Assembly: GCF_001194135.2 (NCBI RefSeq)
Contig: NC_069005.1
Location: 4,540,376-4,604,375 of the forward strand
Source: Octopus bimaculoides
Taxonomy: Eukaryota
Direction: 5' to 3'
Length of the DNA: 64,000 nt
Part shown: positions 38,000 to 51,981 of the stretch, one piece after another
How positions within the stretch are numbered: the first letter of the stretch is position 1
How the letters are laid out: each line of letters opens with the position of its first letter
Program-made: the position numbers and the translations under genes
The notes under the pieces: generated by a model
Database searches by the model: none
Told to the model about the DNA's origin: nothing
Seen by the model: only the letters and a program-made list of their open reading frames with translations

Positions 38000-40900
38000 N
38001 NNNNNNNNNNNNNNNNNNNNNNNNNNNNNNNNNNNNNNNNNNNNNNNNNNNNNNNNNNNNNNNNNNNNNNNNNNNNNNNNNNNNNNNNNNNNNNNNNNNN
38101 NNNNNNNNNNNNNNNNNNNNNNNNNNNNNNNNNNNNNNNNNNNNNNNNNNNNNNNNNNNNNNNNNNNNNNNNNNNNNNNNNNNNNNNNNNNNNNNNNNNN
38201 NNNNNNNNNNNNNNNNNNNNNNNNNNNNNNNNNNNNNNNNNNNNNNNNNNNNNNNNNNNNNNNNNNNNNNNNNNNNNNNNNNNNNNNNNNNNNNNNNNNN
38301 NNNNNNNNNNNNNNNNNNNNNNNNNNNNNNNNNNNNNNNNNNNNNNNNNNNNNNNNNNNNNNNNNNNNNNNNNNNNNNNNNNNNNNNNNNNNNNNNNNNN
38401 NNNNNNNNNNNNNNNNNNNNNNNNNNNNNNNNNNNNNNNNNNNNNNNNNNNNNNNNNNNNNNNNNNNNNNNNNNNNNNNNNNNNNNNNNNNNNNNNNNNN
38501 NNNNNNNNNNNNNNNNNNNNNNNNNNNNNNNNNNNNNNNNNNNNNNNNNNNNNNNNNNNNNNNNNNNNNNNNNNNNNNNNNNNNNNNNNNNNNNNNNNNN
38601 NNNNNNNNNNNNNNNNNNNNNNNNNNNNNNNNNNNNNNNNNNNNNNNNNNNNNNNNNNNNNNNNNNNNNNNNNNNNNNNNNNNNNNNNNNNNNNNNNNNN
38701 NNNNNNNNNNNNNNNNNNNNNNNNNNNNNNNNNNNNNNNNNNNNNNNNNNNNNNNNNNNNNNNNNNNTATGCGTAAGTTACTCGCTGTATAAACCAGATG
38801 CAAAGCAATGTCACCATAGAAAGCAGTTAAGATTTTTATAGTCACTAGACAACTTTAGTGGTACTGCTTTCCAATATCACTTTAGTCGATCTACACTTGG
38901 AGTAGCGACTTTAAAAATTAATTTTTTATTTGCTGTCATTAAACTTATCTCCAATGTGTTGTTTTCTCTGGAGTTTCTATATGAAACATGTGTTAGAACA
39001 TGTCTCTCACTAAGTTTCAGTCATTGAAATTCGACCATATTTAAGACATCGCTCCGAAAGGTTAGTCAGAACATTACCGACTTCTGTAATGATGGCCGTA
39101 GAGATTCGATAACGTCATTGATCCGACACCAGTTGAGCAACTGAGTTTCAAAACCGCTATAAATGCATTTTTTTCTCGATTTCATGATAAGCAGTAAAAT
39201 ACAATCTGAAATTTGCTGGCTTCACGCACGTGAAATGTTTTTCAGTCAAACTACGATGGATGCCATATGGAGAGGAGGGGAATCTTAGTCTTCTAATCAA
39301 AATCAGACATATTGAAGTTGTTGTTTTAACTAATTACTCAAAAGTTATTCCGCTGCATATATCTGGTTTTGAAGATAAGCTCTTCACTGGTGAAGTACAT
39401 GGTGGGGAGATGGTGGGGGCAAACTTAAACACAAAGACAAACTCCTACATAACATATACGACAGGATCCCACACACTTTACTTTCGTCAACATAAGCACG
39501 GCGGTGGTGGTGGTGGTGGTGGTGGTGGCAGAGGCGGCGGCGGAGGNNNNNNNNNNNNNNNNNNNNNNNNNNNNNNNNNNNNNNNNNNNNNNNNNNNNNN
39601 NNNNNNNNNNNNNNNNNNNNNNNNNNNNNNNNNNNNNNNNNNNNNNNNNNNNNNNNNNNNNNNNNNNNNNNNNNNNNNNNNNNNNNNNNNNNNNNNNNNN
39701 NNNNNNNNNNNNNNNNNNNNNNNNNNNNNNNNNNNNNNNNNNNNNNNNNNNNNNNNNNNNNNNNNNNNNNNNNNNNNNNNNNNNNNNNNNNNNNNNNNNN
39801 NNNNNNNNNNNNNNNNNNNNNNNNNNNNNNNNNNNNNNNNNNNNNNNNNNNNNNNNNNNNNNNNNNNNNNNNNGAAGAAGAAGAAGAAGAAGAAGAAGAA
39901 GAAGAAGAAGAAGAAGAAGAAGAAGAAGAAGAAGAAGAAGAAGAAGAAGAAGAAGAAGAAGAAAACGACAACAACAATATAAGTAAAGATTTGGCGAATA
40001 ATACGTCTCCTCTGAATTATTTAGTATTACTCTAAATCTATACCAATAGAATTTCTAACAAAGAGATGCTTAAATAAAGATGAAGATTTAAATGATTTGG
40101 AAAGAATTTGATTTTTATTGAAATAATATCCTTTATACTTTGCTTTAATATTTGATGTTTGGTTCAGAGAAAATTCTCATCTTTATCTCATGGGGAGGAA
40201 AAACTTGAAAATGAAATTGTAATAAGAAATATAATGGCGGTCATCTTAGTACAGCGATCTATTCTCATGGTCATAATGTCTATACTTCATTTTAGGTAAA
40301 TCATGAAAATTTAATGTCGGAAGAGAAAGTATCATGACCTTCATATTGCATACATACAAGGTTCTACGGTAAATGAAGATTTTATTGTAAGAGTTATCCG
40401 TTGATATTGAGGCACATTTTGGTAAAACGGCATTAAGTTGTGTTTAAACTCTATTTATGCTATCGAATACAACTTCCTTCAAATTTCATTTTGTAACAAA
40501 GATGCGTGACTTCTAATCGTTATGCATTGATGTACATACTCTCCTGGAAAAGTGATCAACTAATTTCCTTTAATCACAATCTTTGATGAAAGTATATCAA
40601 TATTTTCTACGATGTATGTTGGTAAGGCAAGATTTTTGGACGAGCATCTGCCTTTATTTAGGGGAGTTTTAGCAATATGTGTATTATATCTTGACAATAT
40701 AGCTCCCATGTGCCTTTCTCTTGACTGTCCGTCCCTTCCTCTTCTTTCTCTCCCCTGGGCTTCATTCCAGTATCCGACAAAAAACAATACTCGAAACCTC
40801 CTATTTTTACTCTTCAGGTATGCAATATAAAACTCAATGGCAATCTCTATATCATACTTAACGTATAGTATACATATTTATGAATCATAGAAGAATTAAA

Positions 40901-41099
40901 AGTCGTCACTACAGCGGTTAAGCGGGTTCAATGAAATTCAACTCGCAAGTTACAGTTGAATATTTTACACTAACAAATACTACTGACAAGCATGCAACTA
41001 TACCCGCAGCTGAACGTTCAGCTATATCACTGTGTGGGTTGTGTCTATGTGAATATGTTTATGTATGTGTGTGCATATGTATATATATATATATATATA

Positions 41100-41138
<39 letters not shown>

Positions 41139-42076
41139 GTGTAAATTGAAGTAAATTGATTCGTCTACGATCAGTGTATATCTCTCCACAAAAGAGTGGA
41201 ACACACTTTATCATTCATCAAATGAGCAGCGAATACCTCCAAATTAACTTACAATTGAATCAGCATTTCAAAATATTTTGTTTTTGGCATCTGTTTAGCA
41301 GAGCAGATACAAGTTCTTCAACATTTATCATTCGATATTTTAAATCTAATTATTTAGTTTAGCAAAATTTTAACAAACCTTACAAATGTATCTCCTCTTC
41401 GTGTAATCCTTGCATTTTTGGACGTTTTGTAAATTACATTTGTCTATCTCTTTTCTTAATTGCCATACAGACTCGGTTACTTATTGTATAAGAAAAGGAT
41501 TTTCAATGAACAGATATGTTAAACAGCTTTATCAAATTTGAATAGCTGAAAACTAATATGATAGTGCGTTCATGGCCCAAATGACGTCAATTCCAAGGAA
41601 AATATTTTACTTAAGTGACAGATTTTATCATACGTAGCTTTCGAGTTTGAGGTATTTGAAACCAACGATGTTGCAAATAATGAAAAAAGATAATGTCTTA
41701 TGCATAATATTTTTAATCTACCCGTTTAAGTCCACCAGTCTCTCATACACTTGACAGTCTTATTTCGTTTATGCTTCTACATCTTCTCACATTTTCGTCT
41801 CTTCCTATTCTGTTCCATCGGAGTTGATCGAATTTCCAATCCTCCAAAAATATTTGGTAATGCATAGCCAATAGCATATAGCTGTTTCCTATTAGAATTT
41901 GAGGGTTCCCCAAAAGGAAACTGGAATATTTTGAGTGTACGCAGTCAATTTTTAGCGTCCTACAAAGCTCTACAACAAAATCGTGTTCTTTACCGTAACT
42001 GCCAATTTTATTCTTCTTTATGCAAGCACACACATACACACACATACACACACACAAACACACACACACAGATATA

Positions 42077-42117
<41 letters not shown>

Positions 42118-43693
42118 NNNNNNNNNNNNNNNNNNNNNNNNNNNNNNNNNNNNNNNNNNNNNNNNNNNNNNNNNNNNNNNNNNNNNNNNNNNNNNNNNNN
42201 NNNNNNNNNNNNNNNNNNNNNNNNNNNNNNNNNNNNNNNNNNNNNNNNNNNNNNNNNNNNNNNNNNNNNNNNNNNNNNNNNNNNNNNNNNNNNNNNNNNN
42301 NNNNNNNNNNNNNNNNNNNNNNNNNNNNNNNNNNNNNNNNNNNNNNNNNNNNNNNNNNNNNNNNNNNNNNNNNNNNNNNNNNNNNNNNNNNNNNNNNNNN
42401 NNNNNNNNNNNNNNNNNNNNNNNNNNNNNNNNNNNNNNNNNNNNNNNNNNNNNNNNNNNNNNNNNNNNNNNNNNNNNNNNNNNNNNNNNNNNNNNNNNNN
42501 NNNNNNNNNNNNNNNNNNNNNNNNNNNNNNNNNNNNNNNNNNNNNNNNNNNNNNNNNNNNNNNNNNNNNNNNNNNNNNNNNNNNNNNNNNNNNNNNNNNN
42601 NNNNNNTATATATATATATATATATATATACGTATGATATCAACACACTTGGATATAGGTATATCCTATCTACATAGCTATATTCATTTCAATGAAAACA
42701 CGTTGAGTGTTTTAAATTATTCCTTTTCTCCGTCTTTCTTCCTTTATATACATATATATGTGTACTTACGTGTATGGGTGTGCATGTGTGATTATGTGTG
42801 AATGTCTGTGTGTGTGCCTCTGTATGTTTATCACCATTTCACTCTCACCTCTTTATTTCTCTCTCTCTCTTTCTCTTTATATATTCCTCTAATTATCTCT
42901 TTAACTGCTAATATGCAGATTTCCGATCTCAGTAATGTTGTAGTGCCTATGCTGTTAACATATGATATTTAATGGTATTAACACATTCAATTTTTACTTT
43001 GCAGTCCATTGAATACAGCACATCAAACAGTATACTGCGGTTCTTTCATTCAGCTGTTTCTCTTTTGTGAAGTAAATAATATTTGCACCCGCTCTATATT
43101 CATAATTTTACGTTTCATTTCTCATGGGTATGCGTTTTATATATGTCAAAGTGAAAATAGAAGTTACGATGGAAGAAAAAAAACAATATATATATATATA
43201 CACACATACATACTTACATACCTACGTACATACATACGTATGTAAAAGATATGTTGCAAAAGAAACTCGAGAAATGGGAAAACTGTACATAACGTATGAG
43301 GTATATCTATAGAGTTATACATTATATGTGAATAGTATGTATTTAATTATTAATAAGCATAAACACTGAATATATATGTGTATAAATATCTACATATATA
43401 TATATATATATATATATATANNNNNNNNNNNNNNNNNNNNNNNNNNNNNNNNNNNNNNNNNNNNNNNNNNNNNNNNNNNNNNNNNNNNNNNNNNNNNNNN
43501 NNNNNNNNNNNNNNNNNNNNNNNNNNNNNNNNNNNNNNNNNNNNNNNNNNNNNNNNNNNNNNNNNNNNNNNNNNNNNNNNNNNNNNNNNNNNNNNNNNNN
43601 NNNNNNNNNNNNNNNNNNNNNNNNNNNNNNNNNNNNNNNNNNNNNNNNNNNNNNNNNNNNNNNNNNNNNNNNNNNNNNNNNNNNNNNNNNNNN

Positions 43694-43726
<33 letters not shown>

Positions 43727-44321
43727 TATACTCTCACACACACGTATTATAAAGAAGAAAAAAAAACATGTAAATAAGCGTTTGTGTATTCTGCTTATGT
43801 ATATGTCTGTGCGTCCGTATAAAACCGTTCTGAAAGAGATATCTGCATTCGTTTTCTAATCATCGAAGTTTCTTTTATTATTAGTTACCTACCCACGCCT
43901 ATATGCAAAACGAACAGTGACACTCCCTCGCGCATAATATAGATACATACAAGTCAACACAAAAAGAAAAAACTCCGGGAAGGCACATATATTTTGATGC
44001 AGAAAAAAAATGTAACTGAAATTTGTTAGCTTCACGAGTCCGATATTCAATATAACGGTGAGCTATATTATGTCATCGTTTACTAAAATTAATGGAGTAT
44101 TTAAAATTACTTTGAAAATTGGCTCGTCACTGTACATTCATGTTTTTGCAGGTAAACTCTATGCGCACACCACCATTTAACGTATGTCGTTGTTGATAGA
44201 CTTCTTTGTATTATGGTAACTCTTGAAAGATTACCATACAGAATCTGTTTTGTCCTGTAGGACTGCAATTTGGTGTTAAGTGCTGGTCTCAGAAATATTG
44301 TGTAAATCCCATTTACTTTGC

Positions 44322-44322
<1 letters not shown>

Positions 44323-44390
<68 letters not shown>

Positions 44391-44395
44391 TAGTG

Positions 44396-44430
<35 letters not shown>
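44323..44430. repeat. (GTA)n/(GTG)n microsatellite
   Basis: Direct reading. Confidence 0.95.
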
Positions 44431-44524
44431 GAAAGAAGAGGGAAGAAGACGAGGACAGGAGGAGGTGGAATGTAAAACCATCGTAACTTTGTCCGTGAAA
44501 ACCTGTTTTAATATAGAGGTGTGT

Positions 44525-44880
44525 AGGTGCCGAAGTGCCTGTGTGGAAAGACGTTTGTATCACAGCAACATGGCTCCGCGTGCATGACATCTTGAACAAT
44601 TCTCTTGCGTTATAGCTACGATTTCATAGATGGATTTGATAGTTGGAAACTGGAAAGAAGCTCGTCTTATATATGTGCATGTCAGTGTGTGTGACTCTGT
44701 GTGAGTGAGAGAGATAGAGAGTGAGAGTGAATGCGTGTATCTGTGTGCATGTGTATCTTCACTTTTATGTCTGTCATCTACAATCACTAAACAACCGGTG
44801 TTGTTTTGTTTACGTCCTTGTAACATATATTCCTGGAACTATGAAATCGCATGCCGAAATAGATGTTGTATATTAATATT
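44525..44880 (+). mobile_element. Composite SINE: family C head + TG-rich spacer + family B module (decayed)
   Basis: C-like head ending GGAAACTGGAAAGAAGCTCGTC at ~44665, then a TG/GA tract, then ACAACCGGTGTTGTTTTGTTTACGTCCTTGTAAC (B-like). Confidence 0.6.
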
Positions 44881-45151
44881 ATTGTTTTCCCCAAGATAAC
44901 TAATTCAGTAATAACATAATCAATTTCTTGAATAATTGGTGCAACCAACTACTTTCCGGTTTGTCGGAATCCTACCAAAGTCCGCCTTCAGTTAATCATT
45001 ACGGCAAGTAAATAACCTACCGGTCATTTCCTTGGGCTGGATCATCTTTACCTTCCTCTCTCAATTTTGTCCACGTTGCGTCTCGAAAAGCTTCATACAG
45101 TATAGATTTCTTCAGAATTGAAGAGCAATTGAACGATGGTCTTTGCGTTCT

Positions 45152-45188
<37 letters not shown>

Positions 45189-45643
45189 GAACATGTGCTG
45201 TGATGCAGAAAATCTCCAAATACAAACACTGAAGGTCTGCAGAATGCGCAAGCAAGCCAAACAAGAAGAAGGTTAATACAACTTTAATAAGCAGCATATA
45301 CAATTACGATATGAATGAGCTGTGGGAGAAGGACTACTTTTAAAATGTAATATAATAATGCTTAAAATTACCTTGATTCATTCGCAGGATTTTCTTTGTA
45401 TCTATTGTTCCTTTCCTGTTTTACTCCATAGAGTTTCTCGATATCAAACATCGATTAGGACTTGTCCCAAAAACTAAACTAAGCAATATAAATAAACAAA
45501 TATACACACACATACTAACAACACCCCATGTATATATATATATATATATATACACGTATGAAAACACACATGTACACATATATAAGTTTATATATATAAA
45601 TACATATATACATATATATATAGACAAACACACACACGCGCGC

Positions 45644-45729
<86 letters not shown>

Positions 45730-47199
45730 TATACACACATGTTATAGACATTATGTCTAGGATTCGACTCCATATAAAGCAACGAACATCTGACCTCGGT
45801 TGCCTAAACTAAAGAAAGGTCAATGTTGTTTGTCAATTTGAGACAGAAAATACTGACTTTGATATTTGCCAGCGTAAAGACCCGGCGTTGGCAACGAAAT
45901 GCTTTCCAATAGCCGACTCACATTTATAATAATGATTTCTTTTCTCAGTATTTCAGTTAGCGATATTTTTGTTGTTCTTCTTCTTCTTAGTGTTGGTTTT
46001 GATGGCGTTGCTATTGTTGCCGGTGCCGTTATTTTTCTATTTGTTTTATTTCAATGTTCTTGTTCTTGTTCATGTTCTTGTGGTTTTTACAGCCATTGTA
46101 TCGATGCTTAATTCTTCTTTCTCTACAATCTGAAATGAATCATATTAAAACAGCTTACAATACAAATTACTAAAATATATTGCCCTCTTTCCTTTTGCAA
46201 TTCATTTAGCTGATGTAATTATAATTCATACACACATACACAGGCACACATATATATATATATATGTGTGTATTCATAAATACATATATACATGTATATA
46301 TATATATATATATATNNNNNNNNNNNNNNNNNNNNNNNNNNNNNNNNNNNNNNNNNNNNNNNNNNNNNNNNNNNNNNNNNNNNNNNNNNNNNNNNNNNNN
46401 NNNNNNNNNNNNNNNNNNNNNNNNNNNNNNNNNNNNNNNNNNNNNNNNNNNNNNNNNNNNNNNNNNNNNNNNNNNNNNNNNNNNNNNNNNNNNNNNNNNN
46501 NNNNNNNNNNNNNNNNNNNNNNNNNNNNNNNNNNNNNNNNNNNNNNNNNNNNATATATATATATATATATACATAGATGATAGTTATGCCTACATATTGT
46601 ATGCATACATAAGCATACCTTCACGTACATATACTCAGATATTTATGTATGTTACTGCATGTGTATGTCACCATGGGTGGGAATGTGTTAGATACAGCTA
46701 GGTGGACATACTCTTTCTTATATCTGCAGATAGGTACGTGTGTGTGTGTCGTGATAAGAAGGGTGCTTGAACAAATATATTCAAATTAAGAAAACTCAAT
46801 ATTTATGGAGGCTGTATGTCTCGGATACACAACTGAAAAGAATGGGTACTCAGAATATACAAAATCGCATATACAAAAAAATACACAGAGGACAAAAATT
46901 ATTTTCAGCCTTTATTTGCGATGCGTTAAACACACAGTTTGAATTACCGTAGATGAGAAATCTCCCTTGCATTCGTTTCGAGATCAATGATATATATCAA
47001 TCAAGTACTAATTAGAATTTCTTCAAATTCTTACGCTGATTTCCATATAATAAATTAAATATGCAATCAACTAAGTCCTTCAAAGCGAAACTACAATTCT
47101 CTCTATCTCCGTTTCTCACCTTCTCTCTCACACACACATATATACATATGTGTGTGTATGTGTGGGTGTGTGATGTGTTCTCTTATTGTGAACGACAAA

Positions 47200-47465
47200 T
47201 GTTTATGTTCAAAAAGTATCTTCGTACTTAAACTTTTCATCCTTCGCATGCACAACTTGGCAATAATGCGTGGACGGCCGAGTGTCAGCCATTGTCCCTC
47301 AGTCATTGTGTATACTTCAGCGTGTCGAAATGCTAACCATTAAAGAACGTACCTTTTTAGTTGAATGGGTGTTTCGAGCTGGGAACAAATACACAGATAC
47401 TGTGAAACAGAAGTTCAGTGAAACTTTTCCAAACATTTCTGCAGCGATACTTTTTGATCACCCTG
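47200..47465 (+). mobile_element. Internally deleted Tc1/mariner-superfamily element retaining the transposase N-terminus
   Basis: ATG at 47330 gives MLTIKERTFLVEWVFRAGNKYTDTVKQKFSETFPN (DUF4817-like HTH pattern); right end GATACTTTTTGATCACCCTG+TA; left remnant GTTCAAAAAGTATC at 47207-47220 is its near complement. Confidence 0.65.
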
Positions 47466-48139
47466 TATAACAAACACATGAAACTAAATATATTTCCTCT
47501 TTCACATCGTAAAAGTACAATTGCTAGCAATGCCACTTCTATAACTTGAAAGGCTGATACAATAAGTCATGTACAGCCAAAGATTTTCTGGAGTTTTCGC
47601 CAAAATAAAATATCTCTCATAGTTCTCAATGGTCTGCATTTTTTCCCTCCTAATTTGCTCTTCATTCATGTAGAAACATATTTACATTCTAACTCGTAAA
47701 CACAAACACGTACACACATATTCATACACATACATCGCAAAGTAAATATACACCATCACTTTTGGAAATATATTTTTAGAAATACGATGACATTTGAGAC
47801 GTTAAAGTATGTTTTCAAACGTTAATTGCCTTTAGAAACAAATTGCTCTTTTCTAAAGAAAATATAAAGCTCATACATCATAACTCTTAGCTGAAACGAT
47901 CAAACACAGTCAAAATTTTAACATCACTTATTTGAATGTAAATGTATTCCTTGTACATAAAAAAGACAATATATAGAGTGTGAGGTTTTCGATATCAAAG
48001 TGTTTTTCAACCAATTGGCAAGTGCTTTGTTAGGTAATACTCGACTCATGATTCATTGATGAAGCATAGATGTTAACCATATACTTATATACGCACATAC
48101 ATGTGCGCACAGAGGCAAATATATATACATACATATATA

Positions 48140-48487
48140 AAACAAATAATAAATGAGTATGTGCGGCCAAGCAATATCGTGATAGAAGAACATGTTTCGT
48201 CTTCGGAAACTAAACGTTTTCTTTTTTCCCCTAGCGTTGATGTCAATGAATGGTTGAATGAACAAATCCAAGCTTCTTTGCTAATTCTTCGACAGTTACG
48301 ATGGCTTTAGTTCCACCACGAAGGGCAGGACATATTTGGCGAGCTCTATAGATATTTCAGGACGAGGCTCATCTTCTAGGTTCTAGTTTCCGACTCGGAA
48401 TTTCTGGAACCACCTCTGACGCTCTCTTTCGTTTATTATCCGATCTCCATATACTGCATTAATATTCCTCGCACTTTCTGTTGCTTT
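48140..48487 (-). mobile_element. Mariner (DD34D) transposase N-terminal remnant with internal deletion
   Basis: ATESARNINAVYGD...QRWFQKFRVGN*NLEDEPR...VEELAKKLGFVHSTIH, then a jump to FFYHDIAWPH (cf. HHDNARPH). Confidence 0.85.
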
Positions 48488-48621
48488 AGCGGTTCGGTAA
48501 ACGAAACAGATCAAATAAGTACGAGGCTTACAAAGAATAAGACCTGCTGGCAATATTATGACTAAAGGCGGCGCTCCAGCATAGACGCAGTCAAATAAAT
48601 GACTGAGACGATTTAAAGAAT
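48485..48621 (+). mobile_element. SINE 3' module, family B
   Basis: TTAGCGGTTCGG...ATAAGTACGAGGCTTACAAAGAATAAG...AAAGGCGGCGCTCCAGCAT...ATGACTGA. Confidence 0.8.
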
Positions 48622-49514
48622 NNNNNNNNNNATATATATGTATATATACACACGTCGTCAACATTATTTAGTGTCTATTCTTATATGAATGTATATCTAC
48701 GGCGAGATTGGAGTACGTCATACGTCTTGAATGGAGGGAAATTATTACTTCAACAAGCGATTAAAATGCCGGTGCAGTCTCATTTTCGACTGAATTTTTA
48801 TATCTTCATTCCAACCACTCTCAATAGCAGACGTTGTAATATATTTTGTCTGCCGGGCATGATTACTTTTTATAACCGTGCATTGCGATATTAATAAATT
48901 GCGATTTCGAATTGTCTTCATTGAAATTCATTTAATCTAATCCTATTTCTATAATTCTATTCGTATCCACTATTTAATACGTATGTTTGTGCTACATACA
49001 TACTTTATCTATGTATGTGTCTGTGTTTGTTTGTGTGTGCCTATGTCTGTGTGTATGTATGTGTGTATAAATATATATACATATATATGTATATATATCT
49101 TTATATATTTGTTTATATCTATCTATCTATATATTTATATATATATATATATGTAGGTTTGTATATTCATTTATATAAGTATGTATAAGTGTATATGTAT
49201 ATACGCACATATATTTGATATGTAGAATCAATATGCAATACTCGTGATTGAAAACTTGTATTAAAAAAAGAACGAATCGAAAAACCAACATAACATTAGA
49301 TTCATGCTATCTCTCAATACATTCATTTCCGTATAATTTGTATCCACCATTAATAAACATATGCGATTAAGTTTGGTATATTAGTGGTTTATCTATTACA
49401 GTGATATATTCTTTTTTATGTCCAGTACGCCTTAAGCGTTGCCTGGAAGTTGTGCCAAAGCGCTGTTTCAATTCCATTGCGCAGCAACTTGAGCAAATAT
49501 CAATTTCTATACCA

Positions 49515-49790
49515 TCATCATTATCATCATCATCACCTTCATCATCATCATCATCATCATCATTTAATGTCTCTTGTCCATGCTGGCATGGGTTGGACCA
49601 GAGTTTGACCAGGGCTGGCAGGTTGGAAGGCTACATCAGACGCCAGTCGGTTTTGGCATGGTTCGTACGGATGGATGCTCTTCCTAAGGCTAACCACTCC
49701 GAGAATGTAATGGGTGCTTTTACGTGCCACCGGTGGCACGGGTACCATTTGCGTGTCACCGGTATCTGTCTCGACTGTGGTTTTACTTAA
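49515..49790 (-). mobile_element. SINE/LINE 3' end with (ATG)n tail
   Basis: Minus strand contains GGTTAGCCTTAGGAAGAGCATCCA, which resembles a common LINE-derived SINE tail, and ends in (ATG)n. Confidence 0.55.
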
Positions 49791-49935
49791 CTTTGTGAAT
49801 AAAATTCGGTAGAGGGTATCTCGCTCCATAAAAGACGGTCAACGGTATTTTACGTTGTTTTTTTTTTTTTTCAAGATGGTCAGACCGCTAAAACTGAGTC
49901 TGCTTGAGAAGAAATAAATGGAAACCTGATCTTCT

Positions 49936-50005
49936 TATTTGTCACTTGTTTCAGTCATTGAGCTGCGACCATGCTGGGGCAAGGCATTAAAGAATTTTTA
50001 GTCGA
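49936..50005 (-). mobile_element. SINE family B extreme 3' end
   Basis: CTTGTTTCAGTCATTGAGCTGCGACCATGCTGG. Confidence 0.6.
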
Positions 50006-50110
50006 ATTAATTTTACCATGTACTTATTTTTTCCAGCAGGATACTGAATGACAAGGCAGAGCGAAATTGCCTAGTCTGATATCTCGAAGATAGATAGACA
50101 TATAGATAGT

Positions 50111-50226
<116 letters not shown>

Positions 50227-50584
50227 AGCGTGTGTACGTGTTTGCGGTCGTGTGTACACGCGTGGATATATATGTACGCATGTACGCACATGTGAATGGA
50301 TATATGAATGTATGTATGTATGTATGCATGTATGTATGCATGTATGTATGTATGTATGCATGTATGCTTCCAAGCACTTAGAACTAATGAAAATTAAACT
50401 TTCTTCCAGTGAAGAGAAACTTAGCATCCTTTTTCTAACGAATATTGTATATATTTTCTTTACTCAGAGACTAAGATCTATGTTTACTAATATATATATA
50501 CATACCTACACTCACATAGGTATATATACATGCATGGGTTTGTTTGTGTGTAAAAGTATCTATATATATTATATATACATATAC

Positions 50585-50619
<35 letters not shown>

Positions 50620-50768
50620 NNNNNNNNNNNNNNNNNNNNNNNNNNNNNNNNNNNNNNNNNNNNNNNNNNNNNNNNNNNNNNNNNNNNNNNNNNNNNNNNN
50701 NNNNNNNNNNNNNNNNNNNNNNNNNNNNNNNNNNNNNNNNNNNNNNNNNNNNNNNNNNNNNNNNNNNN

Positions 50769-50816
<48 letters not shown>

Positions 50817-51594
50817 GAGAGAGTTTATCTGTCTGTATGTATGAATGTATCTTCCAACTGAAATAAATCTAAAAATATTCTTTGCTGCACAATTAACAAT
50901 ATCATAAAGAAATCAACAAGCGTTTTTGAAACAGGTGCTAACTCACCGTTAGCAGGATTGAGTAGATTAACCAATTTTTGTATCGCGTTGGAAATTCATC
51001 TGATAAAAATAACTGTATTCTCTCGATACAAAAATAACCTTACAGTTCTGTATAGTGCATGCAACCTTTCTTATACTAATAACCCTTATGTGCTTGCGAT
51101 AGGAAGAAAAGTACTTCATCGTGGACGGTTAAATTTAGGATGCATGTTTAATGTAAAATGAAACTTCAGTCTTTATTGATTTTAGTCGCGTTGCTGCGGC
51201 CTCTGTTGCGCACTCCCTGAAAAAATATTTAGTACTTAACGCATTGTAGCTGCGTGTAGTTTTATTGATATGCTAAGTCGCACGGAAAATCACGATGCAA
51301 TTTGTGAGGAATACAAGCGATCATATATGCATGCAAATATGAAAATATAATTAAACATACATATGTGTAAATATATACAAATATACATATTTAACCACAC
51401 ACACTCATACGCACGCGCACGCACATACACACACACACACATTTCTTTTTGTTTTTTCTTTTTAGTAATTTAAAATATTCCTCGGTAAAAAGAGCTGGAT
51501 TCGAACGTAGTTCCATGATTGGAATGTAGATAAGCAAAACAATGCATGTATGTATATGTTCATGCATATATGTATGTATACAAATCATACGATC

Positions 51595-51649
<55 letters not shown>

Positions 51650-51653
<4 letters not shown>

Positions 51654-51760
51654 TCCCACATTACCGCTTGAGAAACTTGTGTTATTATGTTTATGTCACC
51701 GTACCTCAGCTGTTCGGCGAATAAGAGATGAAGAAAATAAACATGAGGCTTAAAAAAATA
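51650..51760 (+). mobile_element. SINE family B module directly after (TG)n
   Basis: TTTGTCCCACATTACCGCTTGAGAAAC...CTCAGCTGTTCGGCGAATAAGAG. Confidence 0.6.
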
Positions 51761-51769
51761 TGTGCCTCC

Positions 51770-51981
51770 TTTTAGTCTTGAGCAAAACCCTTCATTTCAT
51801 GTTGCTCCAGTCCAGTCAGCTGTAAATGTGTAACCTTTGGACGGAATAGAATTCCGCTCAGGCAAAATGCTAGCCTGCTCGCCTTTCCAGGAGGGTGGCG
51901 ACATTCGAATGCTAACGCAATGGAGAGCGCATTGTGGCCGGCGTTGTATGACAACATCTGATAGTCTGGTCACATGATAAC
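51770..51981 (+). mobile_element. SINE fragment, family G (shared core, different tail)
   Basis: CTTGAGCAAAACCCTTCATTTCATGTTGCTCCAGTCCAGTCAGCTGTAAATG matches the D/E core. Confidence 0.6.

Noticed and set aside
39230-39510. About 95 open codons before a (GGT)n repeat and a gap
   Set aside because: No domain, no clear splice signals, and a non-ATG start; cannot be supported.
48101-48310. 69-aa ORF with a strong acceptor-like TTTTTTCCCCTAG
   Set aside because: It lies antisense to a mariner transposase remnant.
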